A stretch of DNA of 64,000 nt from an uncultured cyanobacterium (GCA_963749915.1 CAVVOP010000019.1:32001-96000); one strand, 5' to 3'. Shown: positions 54,201-63,375, numbered from the stretch's first letter. A program made the numbers and translations. The notes: generated from the sequence alone by a model not told the origin.

Positions 54201-56189
54201 CTATTGTTCATTGTTTAAGTATCCTCTAGGAGTAATCAATAAATCATGGTAACGTTTTGTACTGCTATTACCAATCATGACCGTAGTTAACATATCAATG
54301 GGATGGTTTAACATTTCTTCAAGAGTGGTAATAATAATATTTTCGTCATCCCTGGTAACGGAACGGGCGATGGCAACGGGGGTGTTAGGATGACGATACT
54401 GTAAAAAAATAGCCTGAGTTTTAATAATTTGTTGGGTGCGGGTTTGGGAACGGGGATTGTAAATAGCAGTGACAAAATCAGCACTAGCGGCGGCGGTAAT
54501 ACGCTTCTCGATGACATCCCAGGGGGTTAATAAGTCGCTGAGACTGATGGCGCAAAAATCGTGCATTAACGGTGAACCAATTTTTGCCGCTACAGTTTGC
54601 ATGGCAGTAATACCAGAAACGATATGTACAGGGGGATGTTTTTCGTTCCAGTTTTGGTTTGCCAAAACTTCTAAAACAAGTCCTGCCATGCCATAAATTC
54701 CACAATCTCCCGAGGAAATTACGGCTACCTTCAACCCCCATTTTGCTAACTCGATCGCCCGTTCTGCCCGTTGTCTTTCTTTGGTAATTTGAGAAGGCTC
54801 GATAATTTGCTCAGGACGTAATAGACTTTTAATAAGCTCAATATATAAACCATAACCGATGATTATATCCGCTTCTCTCAAGGCAGTTTTGGCGGCAGAA
54901 GTCAGATATTCAAGACTGCCCGGACCCGTGCCAATGAGATATAATTTACCCTCATGATAGTTATATTCTAAAGCAGATTGGGCGATCGCTACGGTAACGG
55001 CACCTTTTTCTCCATCTTGGCGTATAATTTGTTTAGGTGCAATTAAATTAGGTGATTTCCCTTGATTTTCAATTAAATTAGCAAATAAAGCGGCTTTTAA
55101 TGCCGAAGCCTCAGCAACGCTAGAAGTACCAACTTCTTGCTTAACTATCCTCGAGGGATTAGGTACGGAAACCTGGTTTAATTCTTCAGAGGAGAAAGTT
55201 TGAAGGGGTAAATGCCATTGATCAGCTAAGGCTAAAATACCGACTTCATCTCCTTTAATGTCAATGGTGGCTAAAGAGGCGATGGCTTTTCGTTCCAAAT
55301 TATACTTATCGAAAACTTCCGTAACGGCGGATTCAATGAGAGAAGGAGAAGTACCTCTTTCGCAACCCATACCCACCCATAAAACACGGGGATGCCAACT
55401 TATACTAGGAATGTTGACAGCAGGGGTTTTTTCTGCGCCAATATAAACCATTGCTTTGGCCGCAAAATTATCGATTTTCGTCTTACTCTCCCTAGTTAAT
55501 AAGGATATATTTTCTTCTATTTCCCCCTTGACTAAGGGAGGTTGGGAGGGATCTAAATAACCATCATTTGCAAAAATAAAAGGATGAGAAGGAGGTAAAG
55601 AATTTTGCCACCAATTTAACCCTGATGTTTGCTTAATTAAAGTGGGTTGGTTACGGGCAATACTGACGCTAACTTGCGTCCAATCACCTTCTCCTTTTTG
55701 CCATCCAAACATATCGCCAAAAGTATCGATAGAAGGTAAATTAAGATTATAAGAAGCACTGGTAATAATGGGCCTTGCGTCTAATTGATGGGCAATTAAC
55801 TCTGCCAATTTATCAGCATTTGCTTGATGACCACCCAGTAAACTAATGACATATTGAGTATGAGGATCGATAACTATAATAGCAGGATCGTTTTTTTTGT
55901 GGGTTAAGAAAGGAGAGATTAAACGCACTACAGCACCGATGGTTAAGCTAAAGACAATTCCTTGAGAATTATGCCAAATATTAGCTAAATGTTGGGCTAA
56001 AGAGTCACTATAATATCGGACTTTTTTTTCTGCAAATTTTACGGTAGAATTTTGCCTCTCAGTTTTTAATTTTTCAGGCAACCACAACACACTGTCAGTA
56101 ATTTTGGCTAAATATCCTAATGGAATAGCATTTTCTTCGGTAACGGCAATAAAATGTAGTGGTTGAAAATCAGCAAAAATAATTGACAT
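54201..56189 (-). CDS. cobJ: CbiG-CobJ fusion (precorrin-3B C17-methyltransferase)
   Basis: CbiG motifs DPAIIVID, LLGGHQANA and VGTSSVAEASA; CobJ motifs IGTGPG, SSGDCGIYGMAG, HDFCAISLSDLLTPW and TPRGY. Confidence 0.95.
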   Translation of the reverse strand: MSIIFADFQPLHFIAVTEENAIPLGYLAKITDSVLWLPEKLKTERQNSTVKFAEKKVRYYSDSLAQHLANIWHNSQGIVFSLTIGAVVRLISPFLTHKKNDPAIIVIDPHTQYVISLLGGHQANADKLAELIAHQLDARPIITSASYNLNLPSIDTFGDMFGWQKGEGDWTQVSVSIARNQPTLIKQTSGLNWWQNSLPPSHPFIFANDGYLDPSQPPLVKGEIEENISLLTRESKTKIDNFAAKAMVYIGAEKTPAVNIPSISWHPRVLWVGMGCERGTSPSLIESAVTEVFDKYNLERKAIASLATIDIKGDEVGILALADQWHLPLQTFSSEELNQVSVPNPSRIVKQEVGTSSVAEASALKAALFANLIENQGKSPNLIAPKQIIRQDGEKGAVTVAIAQSALEYNYHEGKLYLIGTGPGSLEYLTSAAKTALREADIIIGYGLYIELIKSLLRPEQIIEPSQITKERQRAERAIELAKWGLKVAVISSGDCGIYGMAGLVLEVLANQNWNEKHPPVHIVSGITAMQTVAAKIGSPLMHDFCAISLSDLLTPWDVIEKRITAAASADFVTAIYNPRSQTRTQQIIKTQAIFLQYRHPNTPVAIARSVTRDDENIIITTLEEMLNHPIDMLTTVMIGNSSTKRYHDLLITPRGYLNNEQ

Positions 56190-56366
56190 ATAGAACAAGA
56201 AAATAAATAATCAAATAAATATGGTGGGCAAATATCCCCCATTCTCTACCTTGACCAAAAATTGGTGGGATAGTTGCAAGATCTAAGTATAACCAAATCA
56301 AGTTAATATTACTTAATGAGGCTATCATTGATAAAGTTTTTATTTTTCAACCCCTCAGAAATAGTC

Positions 56367-57452
56367 ATGAATGGAGAATTATTCCACGCCAACGAAATCT
56401 ACCATCTTATTGCCTTTCTTGTTGCTATGAACCTGGTTTTGTGGAGTACCCCGGTGGTTAAAAGCATCGGTTTAAAAAGTGGTCATGTAGATAAACCAGA
56501 TCCTCGAAAAGTACATCGGAAACCGATCGTACGTATTGGAGGAGTAGCTATTTTTGCAGGAACAACGGCGGGCGTACTAGTAGTATGGTGGTTAGGGGGA
56601 TTTGGGATATTATCACCGGAAAAAGACGCAGAAATTTGGGGAGTAACTATTGGTGCTATTTTCTTCTTTTTTATTGGTTTAGCCGACGATTTATTCAATT
56701 TATCCCCTTCTTCCCGTTTACTTATGCAATCTATCGTCGCGGGTTTTGCATGGTATAAGGGAGTAAAAATCGACTTTTTTACTATTCCCTTCGGTGATTT
56801 AATTAGAATTGATATGTGGTGGTTAAGTTTGCCTATTACCATTATTTGGTTAGTAGGGATGGTAAATGCTATCAACTGGATTGATGGTTTAGACGGATTG
56901 GCGGCAGGGGTTTGTGGTATTGGTGCAGTCGTTATGTTGATTGTTAGTTTATTTATGAATCAACCGGCGGCGGCATTGTTAGCGGCGGCTTTAGCCGGAG
57001 GTGCATTAGGATTCTTAAAATATAACTTTAACCCGGCTGAGATTTTTATGGGGGATGGTGGCGCTTATTTTATGGGGTTTATGTTGGCGGGAGTGGGAGT
57101 CATCGGTTTAGCGAAAACTGCTGCTGTTACCGCCGTGATTTTACCTTATATTATTTTGGCCGTGCCGATTGTGGATATGTCTTGGGTGATTATATCCCGT
57201 GTCATGCAAGGAAAATCGCCCTTTTTAGCGGATAAACGTCATTTACACCATCGTCTTTTAGATGCGGGAATTTCTCAGCGTTTAACGGTATTATTCATTT
57301 ATTCATTAACCCTTTGGGTGGGTAGTTTTGCCTTAGTTTTTTCAGGATTTCCCAGCGGTGGAGTTTATGCTTTCGGTGCAACGATGTTATTAATCTATAC
57401 GGCTTGGCAAGTTTGGCGTAATCGGAAGGTTGAGACAAACACTAATGATTAA
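56367..57452 (+). CDS. MraY/WecA-family polyprenyl-phosphate GlcNAc-1-phosphate transferase; likely start ATG 56367
   Basis: IGLADD, NAINWIDGLDGLA, FMGDGG and DKRHLHHRL. Confidence 0.93.
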   Translation: MNGELFHANEIYHLIAFLVAMNLVLWSTPVVKSIGLKSGHVDKPDPRKVHRKPIVRIGGVAIFAGTTAGVLVVWWLGGFGILSPEKDAEIWGVTIGAIFFFFIGLADDLFNLSPSSRLLMQSIVAGFAWYKGVKIDFFTIPFGDLIRIDMWWLSLPITIIWLVGMVNAINWIDGLDGLAAGVCGIGAVVMLIVSLFMNQPAAALLAAALAGGALGFLKYNFNPAEIFMGDGGAYFMGFMLAGVGVIGLAKTAAVTAVILPYIILAVPIVDMSWVIISRVMQGKSPFLADKRHLHHRLLDAGISQRLTVLFIYSLTLWVGSFALVFSGFPSGGVYAFGATMLLIYTAWQVWRNRKVETNTND

Positions 57453-57526
57453 CTTACAGCGTTTTTCAGATCACAAACTAGTGGTCTGTCAAGATAGTTT
57501 TGAGGGACTGGGAACGGGTAATTTCG

Positions 57527-57561
57527 GATTTTGGATTTTGGATTTTGGATTTTGGATTTTG
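57527..57561 (+). repeat. Heptamer tandem repeat (GGATTTT)x5, STRR-like
   Basis: Read directly; the same unit recurs at about 63887-63948. Confidence 0.85.
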
Positions 57562-57813
57562 GAGGATTGTTTTATCCCTCATTTCAAAATTGGCAGACCA
57601 CTAGGCAGAATCAAGCCATAGTTGTTAGAATCTTTTTTTAGAAATTCAAGATTTAGATCTTCCGAAATTCAAAGGCTCTCCTTTATTATAGAGAAGATGG
57701 TACATTATTCGACCCAATTCAATAAACATTGACTGTATGTTATTTTTGTAAAATACTCCATACACCTGCTCAAAAAAGAAAAAAAATAAATATCTAACTT
57801 AAGGAGATGTTCG

Positions 57814-58848
57814 ATGTCAGATCCAAGCCGCCTCACTGCCATAGTAACTCATGAAAATAGACCCGAACACGAAATTGGTCTCAAGCTTCTTGCCTACAGT
57901 TTAGAAATGAATAACCAGGAAGTAGATGTCCATGTCTTTGCACCTAATGCGACATCAGGCTTTCAAGATTGGATTGGCAATCGCCGTGCTCATCTACATC
58001 TGGAACTTCCTACTGAAACTAGGGGCTGGAATGTTAAACCAGATCTCTTCGTTTGGGCATTAGAGAATGGTTATTCAAGAGCAATCTGGATAGATCATGA
58101 TATCATTGTTGCCCAGCCTTTACCAAAACTTCTACTCGAACAGCCTAACGGTGTTTTGATCGCCTCTGAACTTGCTGGTCGATCAGGCGTTACCACTTGT
58201 CAAAATACAACATCTTGGGGGTTAAATCCAGATCCTAACCGTTATTCTTGGGGAATTCGCAGGCCTTCTAACTGCTGTTCTTGTGCGACCAAATCGCACC
58301 TGCCTTTGATTCATCGCTGGCAGGCAATGCTAAGAGATCCGGAGTATCAACATTGGCAAACCCGACCAGGCCATGAGCGACCTGCACATTTTTATGGTGA
58401 TGATTCGGTTTTCACTGCCCTAATTGGTTCTAAGGAATGTGAGCAAATTCCCATAAAATTATTAAAATGCGGTCGAGATATTGCCCAATGTCTAACTCCA
58501 AGAGGTTATAGTGTCAGCGAGAGATTAAGGAGCTTGGTGGATGGCCTACCTCCTCTAATTCATGCCCAAGGGGTAAAGCCTTGGTTAGCAAGGGGTTCAG
58601 AAAGGTTCTATCAGTCTGTTTCCCCTTATGCTTGCGTTGCTCGACGCTATCAAGATATTCTCGATGAGACAGAACGAGATTGGCTCGAATTGCCCGAAAA
58701 TTGGGTAAAGTTATGGCATGACATAGTTAAGGGACATCCTGCTTTAAGTGGCCTTCCATTTGCACTTCAATCCTCAGTTCAAAATATAGGAATTCGCTCG
58801 TCACTCAAAAAAATAAAAAATAAAATAACTCCCAACCAAAGCAATTAG
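57814..58848 (+). CDS. Putative nucleotide-diphospho-sugar transferase (GT-A fold)
   Basis: WNVKP...AIWIDHDII DxD motif; LIHAQGVKPW; strong SD AAGGAG. Confidence 0.7.
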   Translation: MSDPSRLTAIVTHENRPEHEIGLKLLAYSLEMNNQEVDVHVFAPNATSGFQDWIGNRRAHLHLELPTETRGWNVKPDLFVWALENGYSRAIWIDHDIIVAQPLPKLLLEQPNGVLIASELAGRSGVTTCQNTTSWGLNPDPNRYSWGIRRPSNCCSCATKSHLPLIHRWQAMLRDPEYQHWQTRPGHERPAHFYGDDSVFTALIGSKECEQIPIKLLKCGRDIAQCLTPRGYSVSERLRSLVDGLPPLIHAQGVKPWLARGSERFYQSVSPYACVARRYQDILDETERDWLELPENWVKLWHDIVKGHPALSGLPFALQSSVQNIGIRSSLKKIKNKITPNQSN

Positions 58849-58904
58849 TTAACATTAAGGAGAAAGTTTGGTATCATAATCCAAACTTCTACTTTTTAAT
58901 TAAG

Positions 58905-59040
58905 GACAATACCTTCGCTAAAATGAAGAAGGAAAATAAAGTTTGAAGTCAAGAGGGCTTTTGTAGGAAACTAGATAGATGTCAAACATCAGTTTCCACA
59001 AAGCCCATGCCAGATATTTTAACACTCTTAACCTGCTTGA
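58905..59040 (+). mobile_element. 5' remnant of a probable IS4-family element
   Basis: Starts with a CAATACCTTCG end (also at about 43909); encodes only MPDILTLLTCL, which resembles a cyanobacterial IS4 transposase N-terminus. Confidence 0.5.
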
Positions 59041-59380
59041 TTTTTGAATTTTTCTAACTTTTTTAACGCCTGAATTCCTGATTCTCTCGTTGAAAAAAAT
59101 TGTCCTGAGCGGGGAAAGGATCTAACTCCGAACCCCGAACCAATACTGTTCGGAAGCGTACCGAAAACGTTGAGATTGCCACTGAAAACATTAAAGCGAT
59201 CGCCTGTTACACTAGAGCAAAAGTTTTGATTTTAATTTATATTTGATTTTTGCAAGAGGTCTATTGATTTCTTTGGTCGATATACTATAATTGATAATCC
59301 CTTGGTTGAATCAGCTTAATATTTTTGAGCGGAAGATGATCGCCCCTTGCAACTAAATAGTTTAGATAAGCAAATAAAAA

Positions 59381-60163
59381 ATGACAAATGTAATAATTGC
59401 TTCCCAGCAAACTCTTCCCGATCATACCCAGTTACCCGAGTCAGACGGTACCTTTGTGAAAAATTTTCAAGAACATCCCCAGAGCGTTTTACTTACCTCA
59501 TCGATTTGGTCTAGACTACAGGAGATTCACCCAGATGGACAATTTTGTCTTGGTCAAGATAGTGGCATCTATTGGCAGATTACTGAGCCACCAGAGAAAG
59601 GCGCAGAAGCCCCAGATTGGTTTTATGTGCCAGATGTTTCACCTACAATAGATGGACAAATACGCCGTTCTTATGTAATGTGGCAAGAATTAGTTGCTCC
59701 TCTAATTGTCCTCGAATTTGTGTCCGGAAATGGGGCAGAGGAAAGAGATAAAACGCCTTACCGAGGTAAGTTCTGGGTCTATGAAAAAGCAATTCGCGTT
59801 CCGTTCTATGGAATTTATGAAGTCAAGAAAGCAAGTATTGAGCTATATCATTTGCTTGAGGGAAAGTACGAACAAGTGCCAGAAAATGAGCGAGGACATT
59901 ATCCGATTATCCCTTTAGGGTTAGAATTAGGGATTTGGCAAGGAACTTATCAAAATGTAGAATTACCTTGGTTACGCTGGTGGACAATGGAGGGAGAGCT
60001 TTTGCTGACAGGGGAAGAAAAAGCCGAGCAAGAAAAGCAACGGGCTGAACAGGAAAAACAGCGTGCTGAACAAGAAAAACAACGGGCAGATAAAGTGGAA
60101 AGAGAAAATGAGAGATTAAGGGAATTATTAAAACAAGCAGGCATACAAATTCCCCAGGAGTAA
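59381..60163 (+). CDS. Uma2-family endonuclease (DUF820) with C-terminal (AEQEKQR)x3
   Basis: LPDHTQLPESDG, APDWFYVP, PLIVLEFVS and WLRWW. Confidence 0.93.
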   Translation: MTNVIIASQQTLPDHTQLPESDGTFVKNFQEHPQSVLLTSSIWSRLQEIHPDGQFCLGQDSGIYWQITEPPEKGAEAPDWFYVPDVSPTIDGQIRRSYVMWQELVAPLIVLEFVSGNGAEERDKTPYRGKFWVYEKAIRVPFYGIYEVKKASIELYHLLEGKYEQVPENERGHYPIIPLGLELGIWQGTYQNVELPWLRWWTMEGELLLTGEEKAEQEKQRAEQEKQRAEQEKQRADKVERENERLRELLKQAGIQIPQE

Positions 60164-60182
60164 ATTATTGAACTAGGATTAA

Positions 60183-60213
60183 GTAGGGTGTGTTAGCGAC
60201 AGCGTAACACACC
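60183..60213 (+). repeat. GTAG-type REP palindrome
   Basis: GTAG followed by GGTGTGTTA-gcgacagcg-TAACACACC, downstream of the Uma2 stop. Confidence 0.7.
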
Positions 60214-60400
60214 GAACCCAAGGGTAACCTGAGTTCGGAGTTCGGAGTTGATTTAGAAGGGGTTTAGCTGGGTTTACTAATCTACTTTTGGTTAGTTTGT
60301 GATCGTTTTGTCTAATTAATCAGATAAATTGGGAATGAGGATTAAATAAAATAGCAAAGTTTTGAAAAAAATCAATAGTATAGTTGTTGGGGAATAAGAG

Positions 60401-60531
60401 AAAAAGGCGATCGCTAAACCTAAAAAGTGATCGCTAAACCTAAAAAGTGATCGCTAAACCTAAAAAGTGATCGCTAAACCTAAAAGGCGATCGCTAAACC
60501 TAAAAAGTGATCGCTAAATCTAAAAGGCGAT
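60401..60531 (+). repeat. 20-bp tandem repeat, about 6.5 units, each with HIP1 or a HIP1 variant
   Basis: Unit TAAAA(AGT/GGC)GATCGCTAAACC, with no spacers. Confidence 0.95.
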
Positions 60532-61264
60532 ATTAGGATGTCGTCCGGATACAATCAAAAGAGGATTGTCAGAATTAGAATCGAATGAATTAATCAATGA
60601 AGATCGTATCAGAGAAAAAGGAGGCGGAAGAAAAAAATGTATCGAGTTAATTGAAGGTATTAACGAGGCCTTTTTAAGAGTAATAGATCGACATATTGCC
60701 GGTTCACCGATGAATGAATCAGAAAGATGGACACATTTAACTCGCCAACAAATAGCGGATTTACTCTTCGAGGAAGAACAAATAAAAGTTAGTGTCACAG
60801 TTATCGATCAGCTCTTAACAAAGCATAATTTCCGTCGTCGTCAAGCAGAGAAAACAAAAGCTACCGGAAGTAATCCTCACCGAAATCAACAGTTTGAAAA
60901 AATTAATAGTTGGATTGAATCTTATCAACAACAAAAGAATCCAGTCATCAGTATCGATACAAAAAAAAAGAAAATTTAGGGCAATTATATCGAGAGGGAA
61001 AAACTAGAAACCAAAAGCCAATTAAAGTATATGACCATGATTGGCAATCTTTAGCAGAAGGAAAAGTTATTCCTCACGGTTTGTATGATCTAAACTACAA
61101 TCTAGGATATATGAATCTAGGTACATCTCATGATACAAGTGAGTTTGCTGCTGATTCAATTCGTCATTGGTGGGTTAATTATGGTTCAATACTTTACCCA
61201 TTTGCTACTTCCATTTTACTCTTATGTGATGGAGGAGGGAGCAACAGCTCTCGTTCCTACTTAT
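60532..61264 (+). pseudogene. ISAzo13-family transposase, truncated at both ends, with a frameshift at A9G
   Basis: RIREKGGGRKK, AGSPM, HRNQQFEKI, ISIDTKKK, then in the -1 frame ENLGQLYREG...DHDW...GTSHDTSEFA...CDGGGSNSSR. Confidence 0.9.
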
Positions 61265-61462
61265 CGCTCTTCTGGGACTCTAGGAAAACACTTGTCCTTG
61301 CTGAATCGTAGAACTCTTTGATAGTAAGCGATCGCCCCATTATTTTCTAACAAAAACTCAAAATCCTGATTTCTGTTAGTTTGCGATCGCTCTAAAGCTT
61401 ATCCCAAAAGAAGCCCAGAGTTTAGAAACTGTAAGGCTTAAGCCTAAAGTCCCAGAAGAGCG
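61265..61462. mobile_element. 198-bp MITE with 20-bp TIRs (19/20 match)
   Basis: CGCTCTTCTGGGACTCTAGG and CCTAAAGTCCCAGAAGAGCG; two internal HIP1 sites; flanks are unrelated genes. Confidence 0.85.
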
Positions 61463-61465
61463 CTA

Positions 61466-61984
61466 ATGGTTTCAAAAATAGACTCTGTGTCTAAGTGGTT
61501 TATAGTAGAGGTTCCAGATTGTAACAATGAAGAAAATACATTATTATCTAGTACTGCTCCCCATGTACATTTTTTCAATCAGTTTAGTTTTGAGAAGGCT
61601 TTTGAAAATGTTGAATGTCGAATGAGTCGAATGACTATCCGCACTAGTAAGGATATGCTTGACGGACGAAGCGTTTTGGTTGCTTATCGCCTTCCGATAA
61701 ATATGAGTTTGAAAGATATCCAATTGTGGAAACCCTTAGTAACTATAGCAGTCCTAAATAGGTTGTAATAAATTAAAACTTAGCAAAAATAATGTTAGGC
61801 ATTGAAACATCTGCCTCCTGCCCTCTGCCTCCTGCCTTTTAACTGTTAATTTTTGCCACAACTCAAATAGGATTGCTATAGATCAATAATAGATAGCAAA
61901 TATTTTGCACCCACAGGTCGTATTGCTAGAGGTCTAAAGCGTTGTGCAAAAAAATTGCTTTTTAAAGACAATTATAAGGTTTAA
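61466..61984 (+). pseudogene. C-terminal remnant of a probable class I SAM methyltransferase, interrupted by a MITE
   Basis: FIVEVPDC...PHVHFFNQFSF motif; removing the MITE and one TA restores an open frame to TAA at 61982-61984. Confidence 0.55.
61746..61878. mobile_element. 133-bp IS630-type MITE with TA duplication
   Basis: TA|TAGCAGTCCTAAATAGGTTGT...ACAACTCAAATAGGATTGCTA|TA; internal CTGCCTC heptamers. Confidence 0.85.
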
Positions 61985-62064
61985 TCAAACACAATTACAA
62001 AAATTAACTGGCTTTCCAAATCTTGGAGATGCCTGCTGGCGAAGCCAGATCAGATCCCTTTTGT

Positions 62065-62343
62065 ATCGCTTTTCAGGAGTGGATAGATCGTGCTAAAATG
62101 AGTACAGTAAAATGTACTTGTTTACAAATAAAATCAGTAAATTATACGGAATTCAGAAAAAATTTAGCCGGGTATCTGGATGAAGTAGAAAGCGATTGCA
62201 TACCGCTAATTATTACTCGGTCTAATGGCAGGCGTGCTGTGCTTATTAGCAGCTTTGACGATTATATGGAAAATGAAGCAACTCTTCATCTAATGTCTAG
62301 CCAAGAAAATATCCGAATCATTGATGAAGCGACCGCCATCTGA
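62065..62343 (+). pseudogene. yefM: Duplicated, truncated yefM with its promoter/operator
   Basis: Close copy of 63313-63581 (offset 1248); ATG changed to ATA at 62128; 3-nt insertion; lacks the last ~13 codons. Confidence 0.85.
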
Positions 62344-62420
62344 GATTTAACAATGCGATCGCCAGAAAACTCCCATTGACCTTAAGATAAAATCACTGGA
62401 CAGAGCAGAGGGGAAAATTA

Positions 62421-63281
62421 ATGGTCAAAAAAGCCGATTTAGGCAGTAAACGGCTGATTAGTCTCGCTCCCAACAACTGGGTCAGATGGCTCACCCAACA
62501 AAGTGAATTAGAGGTGCTCGAATTTCTGGACTCAGAATTCCAATGGATAGGGAGGGAAAATGATGTTCTCATCAAAGTAGCCAATCCTCAACAAGAACCA
62601 TTCCTGCTCCTGAATGAAATCCAACTACGCTACAACAAGAAGATGCCACGGAGGATGAGAGCCTATGCCGCTTTAGCCGAAGAACGTTATAATTTACCTG
62701 TGTATCCTGTTCTGATTAACATTTTGCCCCCATCTAAAACCGAAAAGATACCATTAGGCTATCAATCAGAGTTTATGGGGATCAAAGCCACTCAAGATTA
62801 TCGAGTAATTAATCTGTGGGAAGTAGAAGCCAGTATTGTATTTGAGCAAAAACTTGCCAGTTTATTACCATTTGTCCCCATTCTCAAAGGAGGAGGGGAA
62901 GAGTCCGTCGTCAAACAGGCAGTCCAAGAATTAAGAGCGAATGAGGAATTAAGCGAATTAGAACCCCTCTTATCGTTTTTTGCTTCATTTGTCTTAGAAA
63001 TACCAGTAGTACAACAAATAATGAGGTGGGATATGACCATATTAAGAGAATCGCCTTGGTATCAAGAAATACTCCAAGAAGGAGAAAAGCAAGGAGAGAA
63101 AGCAGAAGCGATTATTCTGATTAGCCGTCAACTAAAAAAACGTTTTGGGAGAGTTGAAGAGTCAGTTCAGGAGCATATTCGCCAACTGTCAGTGCCTCAG
63201 TTAGAAGAGCTAGGGGAAAGTTTATTAGATTTCTCTAGTTTGAATGATTTGCTTTCTTGGTTAGAAAACGTTAACGCCTAA
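62421..63281 (+). CDS. Rpn-family (YhgA-like PD-(D/E)XK) protein with C-terminal DUF4351-like domain
   Basis: RENDVL...LLNEIQL...MPRRMRAY; LRESPWYQEILQEG; LSVPQLEELGESLLDFSSLNDLLSWL. Confidence 0.9.
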   Translation: MVKKADLGSKRLISLAPNNWVRWLTQQSELEVLEFLDSEFQWIGRENDVLIKVANPQQEPFLLLNEIQLRYNKKMPRRMRAYAALAEERYNLPVYPVLINILPPSKTEKIPLGYQSEFMGIKATQDYRVINLWEVEASIVFEQKLASLLPFVPILKGGGEESVVKQAVQELRANEELSELEPLLSFFASFVLEIPVVQQIMRWDMTILRESPWYQEILQEGEKQGEKAEAIILISRQLKKRFGRVEESVQEHIRQLSVPQLEELGESLLDFSSLNDLLSWLENVNA

Positions 63282-63341
63282 AAGCAGATCAGTTCAAGGC
63301 TGGCATTGTGCGATCGCTTTTCAGGAGTGGATAGATCGTGC

Positions 63342-63375
63342 TAAAATGAGTACAGTAAAATGTACTTGTTAACAA
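63342..63375 (+). promoter_or_regulatory. yefM-yoeB promoter -10 and operator
   Basis: TAAAAT followed by the inverted repeat AGTACA-gtaaaa-TGTACT (63349-63366) and TGTTAACA; resembles TGTACA-core YefM/Axe operators. Confidence 0.65.

Noticed and set aside
56190..56366. Cobalamin riboswitch upstream of cobJ
   Set aside because: Short AT-rich divergent spacer with no recognisable B12-box elements.
838..56875. Many short ORFs antisense to or inside large genes (e.g. 838..1077, 3554..3778, 24278..24580, 45987..46286, 47284..51518 set, 56483..56875)
   Set aside because: Shadow frames of well-supported genes with no recognisable motifs.
57430..57621. 63-aa ORF with FWILDFG repeats
   Set aside because: Translation artefact of the GGATTTT heptamer repeat.
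60020..60090. AEQEKQR repeats in Uma2 as a novel repeat system
   Set aside because: Common coiled-coil tail of cyanobacterial Uma2 proteins.
60401..60531. CRISPR array
   Set aside because: Units are contiguous with no unique spacers, and no cas genes are present.
62023..62343. 106-aa ORF as a functional extended antitoxin
   Set aside because: The native ATG is mutated, the in-frame ATG at 62098 overlaps the -10 box, and the C-terminus is missing. Treated as a pseudogene, though translation is not excluded.
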